DNA of 64,000 bases from Salisapilia sapeloensis CBS 127946. Its lineage: Eukaryota > Protista > Oomycota. The notes beneath the pieces are model-generated. The model did not search any database. It was not told where the DNA came from and was given only the letters and a program-made list of their open reading frames with translations. A program made the position numbers and the translations under genes. The stretch covers positions 641-64,640 of the forward strand of contig JAADVB010000091.1 in NCBI GenBank assembly GCA_023334545.1, read 5' to 3'. Shown piece by piece: positions 45,238 to 56,608 of the stretch. How positions within the stretch are numbered: the first letter of the stretch is position 1; each line of letters opens with the position of its first letter.

Positions 45238-46924
45238 ATGAAGGCCTTTCGTTCGGTGGCCCAGCGAGTTGGCATGCATAAATGTAGTTTCATTAAGCCC
45301 CACGCTGCTGCATGTGGTCATGCAATATCAGGTAAAATGATGGACCATGGAAAGCGCATGTTTGGGTCGGATGGCATGGACGCCTTCCTCGAATTTGAGC
45401 GTGAGATGGCATTAAAACGCAAGAAAAAGGTATGTTGCCGTCTGTATATAATTGTCTACTATATCTAACGGTGTGCCGAAGTAGGAAGGGTATACACCGA
45501 GTGGTCCAGTCCAAAAGCCTGAGAAGCCAAAGGACGAAGAATGCTGTGGCATGGACTGCCCCAACTGCGTGCTCCTAATCTATCAGGAAAAACTGTTGGA
45601 GTACGAGCTTAGTCAGATGGAAGGAGGTGGAGATGAGTCCGAGCAGGTGACATTACCTCCTCCAAAGTACAACGTCTCGCTCCTAGAACCGGATGAGTCG
45701 TTAACGAGAGAAGACCAAGTACAGATGCGTCTAAATGACCAAAGCTGCTTTGACGTCGTCGAGAACAAAGTCCTGAGCCGGGAACATGCAACTCGAACAG
45801 GCGAGGCAAGGTCAGTGCATCATCTAGAGCTAGCAATACGACCGGACCAGCAGGAATTTGTGACAGAAGACGCTGCCAACGCTGCTGTGTACGTGCCAAA
45901 CGAGAAAGATCTCGTGGATCGAGTGCTCTCTCGTCTTCAAGTCGACGGTAGCAGGTACTACAAAGCGTCTGTGATGGAGCATGAAGATGATCCTGTACGT
46001 AAAAGCAAGCAATGCGCCCCGACGCACCCATTTCTCGAAATAGGAAGCGTGCGAGACGCGCTTACATGGACGTTTGATTTATTCTCGACACCTCGATCGA
46101 GTTTCTTACGCCACTTGTCAGCGTACGCTACAGATCGTGATGAAGAGGCTGCGTTGAAACAACCTCAAGCGAGTGAACGACTGCTGGAGGACATCGGACA
46201 AGAGTTCATGACCGTGGCGGATGTGTTCGACCAGTTCCCTTCCATCCACATAGACTTTCGCTCGTTCTTTCAATTGGCGCCATTGAACCCACCGAGGTAC
46301 TACACTGTGTCTTCGTCTCGAAGGTTCAACCGAGATAGCGTCGCCATCACGTTCGGTCTACGAGACGTTTTGCCAGTGCCGCGATGCTCCCACTACATGT
46401 CTAAGATGACACCTGGCGCCAGCAGTTTACGCGCGCAATTGTGCGAATCATCGTTTGTCTTTCCACGACAGGATCATCGGCCATTGATGATGGTCAGTGC
46501 TGGTACTGGCATTGCCCCCTTTCGTGCGTTTGTCCAAGACCTTCGATTTGAAGAATCAAGTCGCAAAGCTTACCTGTTTTATGGGTGCCGCGATCCGTCC
46601 GTAGATTTTCTGTACAGACGTGAGATGGAGCAAGCACGAGCGGACGGGATCCTCGACCGCCTGCAAGTAGAGTTTTCGGCCAATAGCCAGCGATACGTCC
46701 AGCACGGACTCGCAGAGAATTTGGCATTGGTCGCTAGACACATCCTAGAAGAGGAAGGCTATGTGTATGTATGCGGGAGTCGGGTAATGGGGAAAGCGGT
46801 TAAGGACACGCTAGCCGATGCACTGCAAACGCAGTACCCATCTCGCTTTCCAACGCGGTCGACGGCCGATGCGACGCTCTCTGAACGTATCGCCAGCCAC
46901 CAAATAGTCACAGAATTATGGTAA
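45238..46924 (+). CDS. Oxidored-like (Cys4) domain fused to a CPR-type FAD/NADPH-binding reductase module, lacking an FMN domain; probable mitochondrial presequence; 2 exons (45238-45429, 45485-46924)
   Basis: KPEKPKDEECCGMDCPNCVLLIY, followed by RSVHHLEL, PRYYTVSSS, MVSAGTGIAPFRAF, LFYGCR, YVQH, YVYVCG and a terminal W. There is no flavodoxin YGS(Q/E)TG loop. Confidence 0.82.
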
Positions 46925-47109
46925 TAAAAGCACAACTTTCCGACGTATTTTATGCGTCTCGTCCCAGAAAACGTAAACCTAACCCATCCGGAAGGCACCC
47001 CGACTCAGGGATGCCAGTTCGTACCGTCTCATACGTCCGCCTCATACTTGCCTTGACTATGCTACCACGTTACAGACCGGCAGTCGACGTCATTTGCTTA
47101 TTCGCGCTC

Positions 47110-47781
47110 ATGAGCACAATCCAGCGCCACAGCAGCTCCTTCGGGCAAAATGGAGGATGCGAAAGTAGTATCTCTTCCAAATGTTCCTCCCCGCTCGCAA
47201 CCACCTACCCGACGCAGCCCACGTACCGCCGGACGTTCCGACCCTTGAAGAAGGGCGTGACGTACGACCGCCATGGAGACGTCCTGAATTGTCGCTTCTG
47301 CGCCATCCTAAGCGCCCGCGCAGAAGACTTTTTATACGAAGACAAGGAAATCGCAGTCTTCCGACCACTCGCACCCGTCGCACCGTCTCATATCCTCGTC
47401 GTGCCCCGCTGTCACGTCCGGAACGTCAATCACTTGCAGCGAACGGACTTGGCACTCTTGTATCGCATGAAGACCGTCGCAGAGCGTGTGCTTGGCGAAC
47501 AATTCGCTTCCTTAACGACATTAGAAGCATCCTCTTCCAGCACAGGTCCAGACACGACCGCCGCGACATGCAAATTCGCTTTCCACACACCTCCATTCAA
47601 CAGCATCGATCACGTCCACATGCATGCTTTTCGAGTCGACGAGCAACCGTCAGTCGGGACAATCGGAGCCATCAAGTTCCGAACGGCAACATGGTGGTGT
47701 CGGTCCTATGAAGAGATATTGCGTCGACTACAAGGCATGCATGACGCGACGACGCCGCACTCGGACGATTCGAACCTCTAG
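47110..47781 (+). CDS. HIT-family nucleotide hydrolase (HINT3-like)
   Basis: CRFC, LYEDKEIAVFRPLAPVAPSHILVVPRCH and FHTPPFNSIDHVHMH (HxHxH). The start is uncertain (47059 or 47110). Confidence 0.88.
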   Translation: MSTIQRHSSSFGQNGGCESSISSKCSSPLATTYPTQPTYRRTFRPLKKGVTYDRHGDVLNCRFCAILSARAEDFLYEDKEIAVFRPLAPVAPSHILVVPRCHVRNVNHLQRTDLALLYRMKTVAERVLGEQFASLTTLEASSSSTGPDTTAATCKFAFHTPPFNSIDHVHMHAFRVDEQPSVGTIGAIKFRTATWWCRSYEEILRRLQGMHDATTPHSDDSNL

Positions 47782-47852
47782 ACTGATATTTCTTATGCAG
47801 CCACTATATTTAAAATCAACCGCATGTACACAACCACTTGCTTTCGTCTTAT

Positions 47853-49227
47853 CTACGGGCTTTGCGTCGTCTCCACCAGTTTGTTCACAACTTTCGGCAG
47901 TAGCCCTCGGTGTTTCGACAGCACCTCCATCTGGAAGAGACAGTCGAGTAAAGCGCTTTCAATCTCTTCCTGTTCCTCCTCTTCTCTCGACGTCTCGAGC
48001 GCCTCCATCAACACCGTCATGACCGCAGGCTTCACCACGTCCTCAAACACGGCCGAGTCGTCTGCTTCATTCGACAGATTCGAGATAGACGCTTGGTTCG
48101 TATGGCTCACCTCCTGCACCGTCTCTTTTGGCTTGGTCGAGTTCAGTCGGATGGTGTCAAAGTCCCACTCGCTGTACGCTTGTGCATGCTTCGGCTGGAC
48201 ATTGCCTCGACCCATGGGCAGCGTATCGTCAGAGTTGTCGTTGGTCTTTTCTCCGCGAGAGGTCTCGCTTTCCAACGGCACTTGTGTATGCTCCAGCAAC
48301 TCTCGCAAGACAGAAATGTCCTGCGCTGTCTGGATAAACGGATGCTCGAGCAACTCGACGGCAGAAGGTCGTTGCTGAGGGGCTTTCACGAGACACGTCG
48401 CGACAAAGTCTTTGAATTCACGCGAAAACTCACCGTCCAACGTCGGCGGATCGTTCGCAGGGATCATAAACAGCACTTTCATCGGGTGCGTATCCGAGTA
48501 CGGCGGCTGGCCTTTGGCCATTTCGATTGCTGTGATGCCGAGAGACCAAATGTCTGCTTTGCTGTCGTAGTGCGCCTGCTTGATGACTTCTGGCGCCATC
48601 CAGAAGGGTGTGCCGACGACAGAGTTGCGCTTGGTCATCGTCTCCGTGAGCTGTCCCGTCACGCCAAAGTCAGCGAGCTTGACGTGTCCGTCGCCACTGA
48701 GCAAGACGTTGGCTGCTTTGATGTCTCGATGGATCTTACGTTCCGAGTGGAGGTAGGCGATACCTTCCAATAGTTCTTTAAGTATAATGGCAATATATCG
48801 TTCTTCCAACGGCCCGGACTTGATAGTGTCGAGGATCGATCCGCCAGCGAGAAACTCCATGATGATCCTACATGCGGGCATTAGCCGTGGATAAAGTTGC
48901 GTAGGTGAGAGGCGTACCATAGTTTCGAGCCGACGATGAAGGAGCCCATGTATTTGGTCAGTTGATTGCAAGAGCATTGGGACAGCACGTTGATTTCCTG
49001 CGTGGACAAGTGCTTGTTAAGACGAGTAGGTACGAGATAGTTGCGTCGTGTCAACGCACCTGTTGGACGTCATCGATCTCATCTCCGGCGCTCTCCAAGT
49101 CGACAATTTTCACGGCACACACTTCGTCCGTCCTCGTGTCAATCGCACGAAAGACGTCTCCGAAGGCGCCGCCACCAATCTGTTCTTGCAGCTCATAGTG
49201 CGACTTGAAATCTGCACCTCCACTCAT
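47853..49227 (-). CDS. STE20/GCK-III (MST3/MST4/YSK1-like) kinase, multi-exon
   Basis: [17 protein letters not shown]...[25 protein letters not shown] and [11 protein letters not shown], with a helical C-terminal tail. Confidence 0.93.
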
Positions 49228-49871
49228 TCTTGTGTACGTTGGAAGCGCGTGGTATCTACTATCGCAAGTAACTCGAGTCGCAAAGGAAGGCAGTTGCTAT
49301 CTCTTTCGTTGCTCTGTGCGCCTAGAACTGCGCTGCTGTGCTTGTGACGCTTCTAATCGGCGAACTTTCCACTTTGATGGTTTGGTGCGTGAAAATTTCA
49401 GACTTGTCAAAAATGGAGGACGTTTGCCAATATGTGGCTGCGGGCGGGAGGAGGCACAAAAGTCTGCTGTCCCGTCCACGTGGTGGCAACCGACAGGATC
49501 CTAATACATACTAGAGATCCGATACAAGACCTACACGTCTCGACGTAAACGTTGGGACATGCCGCCAAGAGAGCGACGGATAGACCCCCTGTTTTGGCAT
49601 TCCAGAAAACCTACCGGACGGCTGGATCGCACTTGTTTACATCCTGCCCGCACGGACTCTCGAGATAGAAGATAGTTCAATGCAACTAGGTTGCTTCGTC
49701 CCTTCTTCCGATCCTAGATCCGCACTGTGGAGACGAATTACGACCTTATAGAGATCAGACCTATCGGAGAGATCATTTCAGCGCACGACGCCGCAAGATA
49801 CCGTGCGGCCTAATTTACAATTGCGGGACTGGTAGATTTAGTGAACCCATCATTTTGACACGCCAATCGAC

Positions 49872-51390
49872 ATGACGTCCATCGCACATGACAAACCGGC
49901 GCCAAGTGGCGAGCCACCAGCAAAACGCGTTCGATTCGCAGCGGTGCAGTCTTCCAATGATGCCGTGCATCTTGCATTCGGTATAAACTCGCCTTTATAT
50001 TTTAAAGATCGCTGCACAGGGCTAAAACTCTCTTCCAATGGATGCAGCTGGTGACGCAGCCCAGGTTACTGGCAACGACAAGCCAATTTACTTTTCTCCA
50101 AAATTTACGTACCATGCCTTCGGAACGGACGAACAGGTGGAAGGCTATGAAGGTCTCTCTATCTCCATCATCTTTAGCAATTATGATTTTAAAGCTTTCG
50201 TCGCCATCGAATACGACGACAAGGAACCAACGTATCTGTGTTTTCGATTACTACACATATATCCAGTCTAATCGATACTGCCATAGCGCCATGGATTTGA
50301 TAGACAAGTTAAAACTTTCGTTACCACCTCGATTCACCGCTGACAAGGATGAATTTCAAGCCTGGGTCTCCGAATCCAAAGCCTCCTTCGCCGTCCCTGG
50401 ATCCCTCCTCACTTCGTACGATAGAGAAGTAAGTGACGAGCAACGCCACTTTGAAATCTACGAATGCCACGTTGAAGATAACGAGCAAGCTCAAGCTTTG
50501 CTTGAAAACGCCCAAACGACTGCGCTATGGTTCATTGAAGGTAGGTAGAAATTATCAGCATTTCATTACGTTCTGCAACTAAATATATCGCTGTAGGAGC
50601 GGATGCTGTGGATGTACAAGATCGTCGATGGGTCCTGTACATTATTTACGAGCGGCCGTCGAATGATCCAGAGACGTACATCCCAGTGGGCTATGTGACG
50701 CTCTTCAAGTTTGCCAAGCCATCGTCTCAGTCGCCTTTTGGTCAAGTAGAAATCCATCGGATCTGCCAAGTACTCATCTACCCACCATATCAGCGCCAAG
50801 GTCACTGTGAAACCCTAGTGAACTTCTTGTGTGAGAAAGCTTGTGCGAACGAACGTGTTAGTGAAGTGACAGTGGAAGATCCTGTGCCAGGTTTCTCTGC
50901 CGTATGACTCTATTATTTGATTCCTCGATCTCATCTAACTAAATTGCACACTAGGTTCGAGACCTAGTGGATGCAAAGCGTTGTATCGAGCATAAATTTT
51001 TTTCCGTTGCTCCAAAAGACACCACGGCGGACACAAAAACTGGATTCGGAACCAATGCACTATCGAATGCCGACATCCAAGCCGTCCAACAGGTATATAC
51101 AAAAGATATTAACTCATTGATGATTCCGCTGAGTACATTGCTAGACTTTGAAGATAACAAGAGGACAAGTTCGACGATGCTACGAACTCTTCAAGCTCCG
51201 ACTAATTGATAGGACCGACCAGGACGTGATGAAAAAGTTTCGGTTGGAAGTAAAGAAGCGGTTATTTAAGGAGAATCAAGAAGAACTGGACGGTATGGGC
51301 AGTGCCGACCGTCGGAAAGCGTTTTTAGAAGCCGAGTACCAGCAGCTCGAGCAACAGTACGACGCGCTGCTCCTGAAGATTGCCCTTTGA
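49872..51390 (+). CDS. HAT1: Histone acetyltransferase type B catalytic subunit, multi-exon
   Basis: FSPKFTYHAFGTDEQVEGYEGL, ALWFIEG|ADAVD, RICQVLIYPPYQRQGH (motif A), EVTVEDP and FRLEVKKRL. Confidence 0.92.
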
Positions 51391-51859
51391 ATTGTATCCA
51401 ATGACAGCACCTGATGTTGAATATCTACCAATCACGTTTGCCTATTTGACAGCCACTCGATCCTCGTCTCCATTTCTGATGCTCATAATTCAATCGGAAG
51501 CTCAGCGAGGAAGTCGTCGTAAACTAGTGTTTTGTGTGTATGTCTCCGTAGGAACAAAAGTGCTGCTGGCCAACCTAGCCTTGGGCCTGACGCAGTCGGA
51601 CTACGGAATAGCGATATGGGCTTCATCACCCGGCGTACTAATTCCAAGTGTGATCTTTCTTCATAGTCACTTCTTGACCTGTCTAAACGCTACATCTTGT
51701 AAAGATAAACAAATACAGTACAGTACCACAGTTGGATTGAAATTTGATGGCTTTTTCGACTCTATAAAAAATTTCGTTCCTCTTGATCTATGTATGGGTG
51801 ACTAGCCGCACTTGACAGACGTGCTCTGATCGTCATTTGGTAAATCACCTCCGGCCTGC

Positions 51860-54800
51860 ATGAGCAAGATCTGCGTCAGTCCGTACGAGGCACAAGTGGG
51901 AGTCGGTCATGAGGACACGCCTCTCTGCATAGCAAGTTGGGCCCACACAGAGGACCAAGTGCTGTATGCTGTCTACGGCTTTGCCGGCCTCCTCTTCCTT
52001 TCTATCGTCTGGACACTCCTCTCCCGACTCCAGAAAAAGTCGCTGCGTCGAGATGAGATCGGATTCTCGCTAACATACCGCCGATGGGCACAGACATCTC
52101 GTGCCGCTGCTATCATTGTACTTTTATTTCGTTCAAACACTTTGTATCATAAGTTCACGTCGTGAGCATGTAGAGTCGTCCGCTGCAGCTGGCCGTATCA
52201 TGCTGTATCTTTGGCATCACAGCAGCCCGATGCTCGACGTACACAGTCGACACCATTCGATATCACTTTGTCACGTTCTTTTACGCCCTCTCTCTCCTCG
52301 ACGATGGCGTCCGATTCCTTGGCTCTCGTTACAAAATCCTCTACTGCTTCGACCCGTTGACCTTGGTGGAGATCCTAAGCATTGCGTCTCACCTTGAAGT
52401 AGCCTACGGTCCCACTCACGTCGTGAATGGTGTTGAGAGTCGTACGTGGCTAGACTTTTCCGTCATGCGTCCAATCTTCATCTTTCGAGCGTTTGTCGAA
52501 ATGGAGAGTCGAGTAGCTCGATCCTCTAAAGGCTGGATGATGGCACGTCTAGCCATGCGTATTATCCTACTTATCATGGCTGGTGCGACAATTATCTTTT
52601 TTGTCGAAACGCTGGGGGAGATGCCGTACTTTGAAGACAATGGCTTTGCCCATCTGTACGCTTGTGACAATGGGACTGTGACCAAGCAGAGTGGAAATGA
52701 TTGTAGCGACGAGACGTGGTCCGTCAGCTTTGCCTTTTACTTTATTATCGTGACACTCAGCACCGTCGGATACGGAGACAACTCTCCTTCGACCGTCATC
52801 AGTCGTCTGCTCATCATCGTCTTCATCGTCATGGGCATCATTCTCTTTTCCATGGAAGTCGAGACGCTCGTGGGACTGTACAACCTTCGGCAGGTGGGCA
52901 ACCCGCCGTACAAGGTCAAGCCTGAACGCAGTCACGTCGTTCTCATGGGCAATCCATCGTTCTCTCAGCTCCTGTCCATCTTACGAGAACTCTTTCATGA
53001 AGATCATGTGCATGATGCAGGTGGAGCAGATCGTTTCCATGCCGTCGTCCTAGGTGAACGCAAGTCGAAATTCACAGACGGACTCATCGATCGGATACAG
53101 ACGGATCCGGTCTTTGCTGCGAGAGTCACGTACGTCGCTGGAAGTGCCACGAACTCGGACGATCTAGACCGAGCTCATGTGCGAGACGCGGACGCCGTGA
53201 TGGTGTTCCCTGATAAGCTAGCAGAGGACGCAGAGAGTGAAGACGCACGGAACATTATGCGTGTGCTAGCGACACGTCGACATTGTGGACCAAAGATGCG
53301 TGTACTTGTCATGGTTCTTCGAGCTGAGAACGCTAGGCACATGCTGGCTGGAGGTGTTGACCGGGACGATATCATCTGTGACAACGTGATGAAGATGGGT
53401 GCCTTGGCCCAAAGCGCCGTTGCACCAGGTACATCCACGATGCTGGCGAATCTAGCATCCAGTCTCTCAGTCGGTACGAACGACGTGGGGCATGCAAAGA
53501 AAGGAAAGCTATTGAGTCTAAAGAGCAAGGAGCATGCGATGAGTATCGAGCGTCCGACTGTTGCATCCAGCACGGCTTCGAACGCACGAGACTGGAAGAA
53601 CGAGTACTATGCCGGTGCGAGTAAAGAGATGTACTTGATCCAGCTCTCGAGCAAGTACGCCGGCGTCACATTCGCACAGGCTTCTGCGCGTATTCTAAAA
53701 GACACGAATGGAGGTGTCGTCCTCGTTGCCGTGGAAGTATTGCTACCGGATGGAGAGCCTCGCGTTCTCTTGAACCCAGGACAAAGTCTCGTTGTGAGCG
53801 AGTGGATGCAGTGCTACGTCGTTGCAGATGACATCGAGCACGTCCTACAGCACGGTGTCTGTGTGAGTGACCATCAACAAGTCTTTTCAGACGATATGGT
53901 GCAGCCTAAAGTGGATGCATCGTCTCCTCAGAGCATGCAAGACGAGGACGAACGAGAAGTGACGACCAAGTATGCTGCTATGACCAGTCCGTCCGTCGGG
54001 AACCGCAGTCCGGCACTACGCAGTCAGTCAACGACGCAAGCAAGGGATAGGGCGAAAGGCAGTGCGATCGCCAATTCGCTTCAGACCATTGCACAGAACT
54101 TGGCACCGACGCACGCCGAGATTCCATACGATTCGGTGATGCACAGCATGATGCAAGGTCGGTCTCGAGGTGTCAGTGTGAACATCCCGTCGTGTCAGAA
54201 CAGAGAACCGTCGCTCGATCCGCCACCTCTGGAGGTTTTGTTGAATAAAGATCATATTGTCGTCTGCTCCTTCTTGGGAGATGAAGCACTTTCAAGTCTC
54301 CAGTGGCTTCTACTGCCGCTACGAGGTGCCTACGCTGAGAAGCATCCTCCCGTGACGATTTTAGACGCGACGGAGCCCAGTACAAACCTCATTAATACCT
54401 TGGGTGTCTACAAGGACGTCTTCTACGTCAAGGGCAGTCCACTCATCTACAGCGACTTGCAGCGTGCTGGTGCAAAAGCTGCGAATGCAGTGGTGGTGTT
54501 GGGCAGACGTGCGAGTGGACGGAAGAGTGAGGAGATGGGGGAGGCGTGGAGTAAACTCCAGTCGAGCATCGGTGACTCTGAAGCTGTGTTTGCCACGATG
54601 CTCGTGGAGCTCAAGATGGACTTTACACGCATCTTTACCATCACGGAGCTGGCGGACGAGGCAAACTCGAGGTTCCTAGGTATGAGTTTCCAGCTCAAGA
54701 GTCTGCATGTGCAGCAGGTACAGGATAATCTCGGTGGTGTCGACGTCGGGTACGCTGCGATGGAGCTAGACACGCTCCGCCCACGGAGCTTTTGGGACCA

Positions 54801-55353
54801 AATGCTATCCAACAATCAGTCATCAGAAGGTGCTGATCAGGCCATCTACGGTCTCCCGCTCTACATGTCCGGGAGGTTGCTGCATCCAGAGTTTTGTGAA
54901 AGTCTTTTGATTCAAACGTTCTACAATCCCTCGATCCATAAGATCATGCGACAGCTCGTGGGTGGACCGAGGTGCACTGGTGTTTTCCACAGCTTCAACG
55001 TCCCGACGCATCTCAAGGGCGGATGCACGTACGGCGACGTTTTTGATGCGTTTGCACTGTCGAGGTACTCTGGTGTGTGCATTGGCGTATATCGGATATC
55101 GACGCAAGTGCTCGGTGGAGGCCACGCTGTCAAGCTACCGATCATCATCACGGCGCCGACGAGAGACTTTTACATTACGGACGATGATAAACTCTTTGTC
55201 CTCATTGGCGTTCATACGATCCAACGTGCTGCGAGGCGCATTCAAGGCATGTATTGGAAGATGAAGAAGGGTCGTGGCAAAGCGACAGCAGGTGCGACGT
55301 CGTCTGGTCCGAGCAAAGTGAAATCTTTTATAAAGAGCGCGACGCTCATGTAA
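51860..55353 (+). CDS. BK/Slo-family K+ channel with tandem RCK domains, 2 exons (intron ~52118-52173)
   Basis: An S0-like helix (VLYAVYGFAGLLFLSIVWTLL), S1-S6 with filter TLSTVGYGD, RCK motifs (RVTYVAGS...DLDRA, YVKGSPL...DLQRAG) and YMSGRLL. Confidence 0.9.
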
Positions 55354-55387
55354 ACGATAAGGCATGTGCCTTAGACTAAACATTTCG

Positions 55388-56440
55388 TTACTTTCTATAC
55401 GCTTTTGCCCTTTTGTCATTCGCTTGTTGTCGCTTGCGTTTCTTGGATGGCTTCTGCTGTGGGTGGGAGTGTGGCTGCAGGAGCTCATAGATTTCTTCCA
55501 GCATCTCAGCTGTCACTTTTACTAGCTTTGGATGGTCTGTTGTATTCCTTCGTCCTTTTGGAATGAAGATAAAGGTCTGGGAGTCCCAAATGGGAAACGA
55601 CTTCTTGTCCAGCACCTTCTTGTTCGAATACCCAGGGTACATGCATCGGTCGAAGACCACGCTTTGGTGCAAGTCTAGGCCGCCTTCATCCGCAAGTGAC
55701 TCAATGCCCCAGTGTTGGAATGGAGGTTTGGTCTTGTGGGTAATATGCAGTTGTCCTTGGTCCGTCAGAATGTTTTGGAGCGTAGACTTGAATCCGTAAT
55801 TGCTGAAAAAGTCTCGAAGGAGCTGCTTGTTTGTCTCCATCTCCTGGTTCTGACCGTCTGCGCCACGAGGCATACGAATGCAGGGGAAGTTCCAAATCAC
55901 GCGGTCGACAGGACCAAAGGACTTTAAGTGATCAGAATTCGTCGCGTCCGTGTCGTGTGCGACTCGTACATTTTCCAGTGCACGTAATTCCTCCAATATC
56001 TGGCCAGCGTCTGGGTACGTATTCAGCACGGACTCTTGACTTTCATGTGAAGTTGCAATAACTTCGACCCCATGCGGAGCTAAAGCACGAGCCAATGCTA
56101 GGCTATATGAAAAGTTTCCATCTCCAAGTGTCAGTACTCGCTTAATCCTAGAAGCGTCATAGAGACCAATGACACCGTCAGCAGACCCTGATGCAGGTAG
56201 CTTACTACCGCTATTCGTTTGTGTATGGGAAATGTGACGAGGACAGCACTCGGGTCGTTGATTTGGAAGCAGCCCAGGACGCGAATGCACCACAAGTTTG
56301 TAGGCACAAGGTCGGCACTGGTGTTTTATAGCACACTCCAGAGTGGACGGATGTACATAAAGTTTATCTAGAAACCTAGTTATGATATCTTGGCCTTTTC
56401 CATCCTCCTTGGTATCGATTAAGCCTTCCTTATCAGCCAT
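55388..56440 (-). CDS. BMT5-like/DUF2431 rRNA uridine-N3 methyltransferase domain protein
   Basis: VLTLGDGNFSYSLAL, VIATSHES, DRVIWNFPC, ITHK and MYPGY. The start is at 56440 or 56467. Confidence 0.85.
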   Translation of the reverse strand: MADKEGLIDTKEDGKGQDIITRFLDKLYVHPSTLECAIKHQCRPCAYKLVVHSRPGLLPNQRPECCPRHISHTQTNSGSKLPASGSADGVIGLYDASRIKRVLTLGDGNFSYSLALARALAPHGVEVIATSHESQESVLNTYPDAGQILEELRALENVRVAHDTDATNSDHLKSFGPVDRVIWNFPCIRMPRGADGQNQEMETNKQLLRDFFSNYGFKSTLQNILTDQGQLHITHKTKPPFQHWGIESLADEGGLDLHQSVVFDRCMYPGYSNKKVLDKKSFPIWDSQTFIFIPKGRRNTTDHPKLVKVTAEMLEEIYELLQPHSHPQQKPSKKRKRQQANDKRAKAYRK

Positions 56441-56608
56441 GCTACGACTTGACCGTTTTGTGTCCAATTACGTTGTCAATGCATGTAATAATAAAGAACA
56501 TAGGCAAGTGTCCGTATTTTTCCAAGAATTTGTCTTTCGTTATCTTTCGCTTTGGCTCGAGGTTTCTGATACCCCTTCCATGCCAAGTAGATACTTGGAT
56601 ATCCCAAC

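Noticed and set aside
46918-47109. 7-nt overlap between the reductase stop and the HIT ORF, suggesting operon-like coupling
   Set aside because: The ORF-track start is a GTG. The plausible ATGs (47059, 47110) leave an ordinary spacer.
51380-51805. 141-aa ORF overlapping the HAT1 stop, as a possible BK channel 5' exon or coupled gene
   Set aside because: The channel already has a coherent start and S0 helix at 51860. This ORF has no motif and likely spans UTR or promoter sequence.
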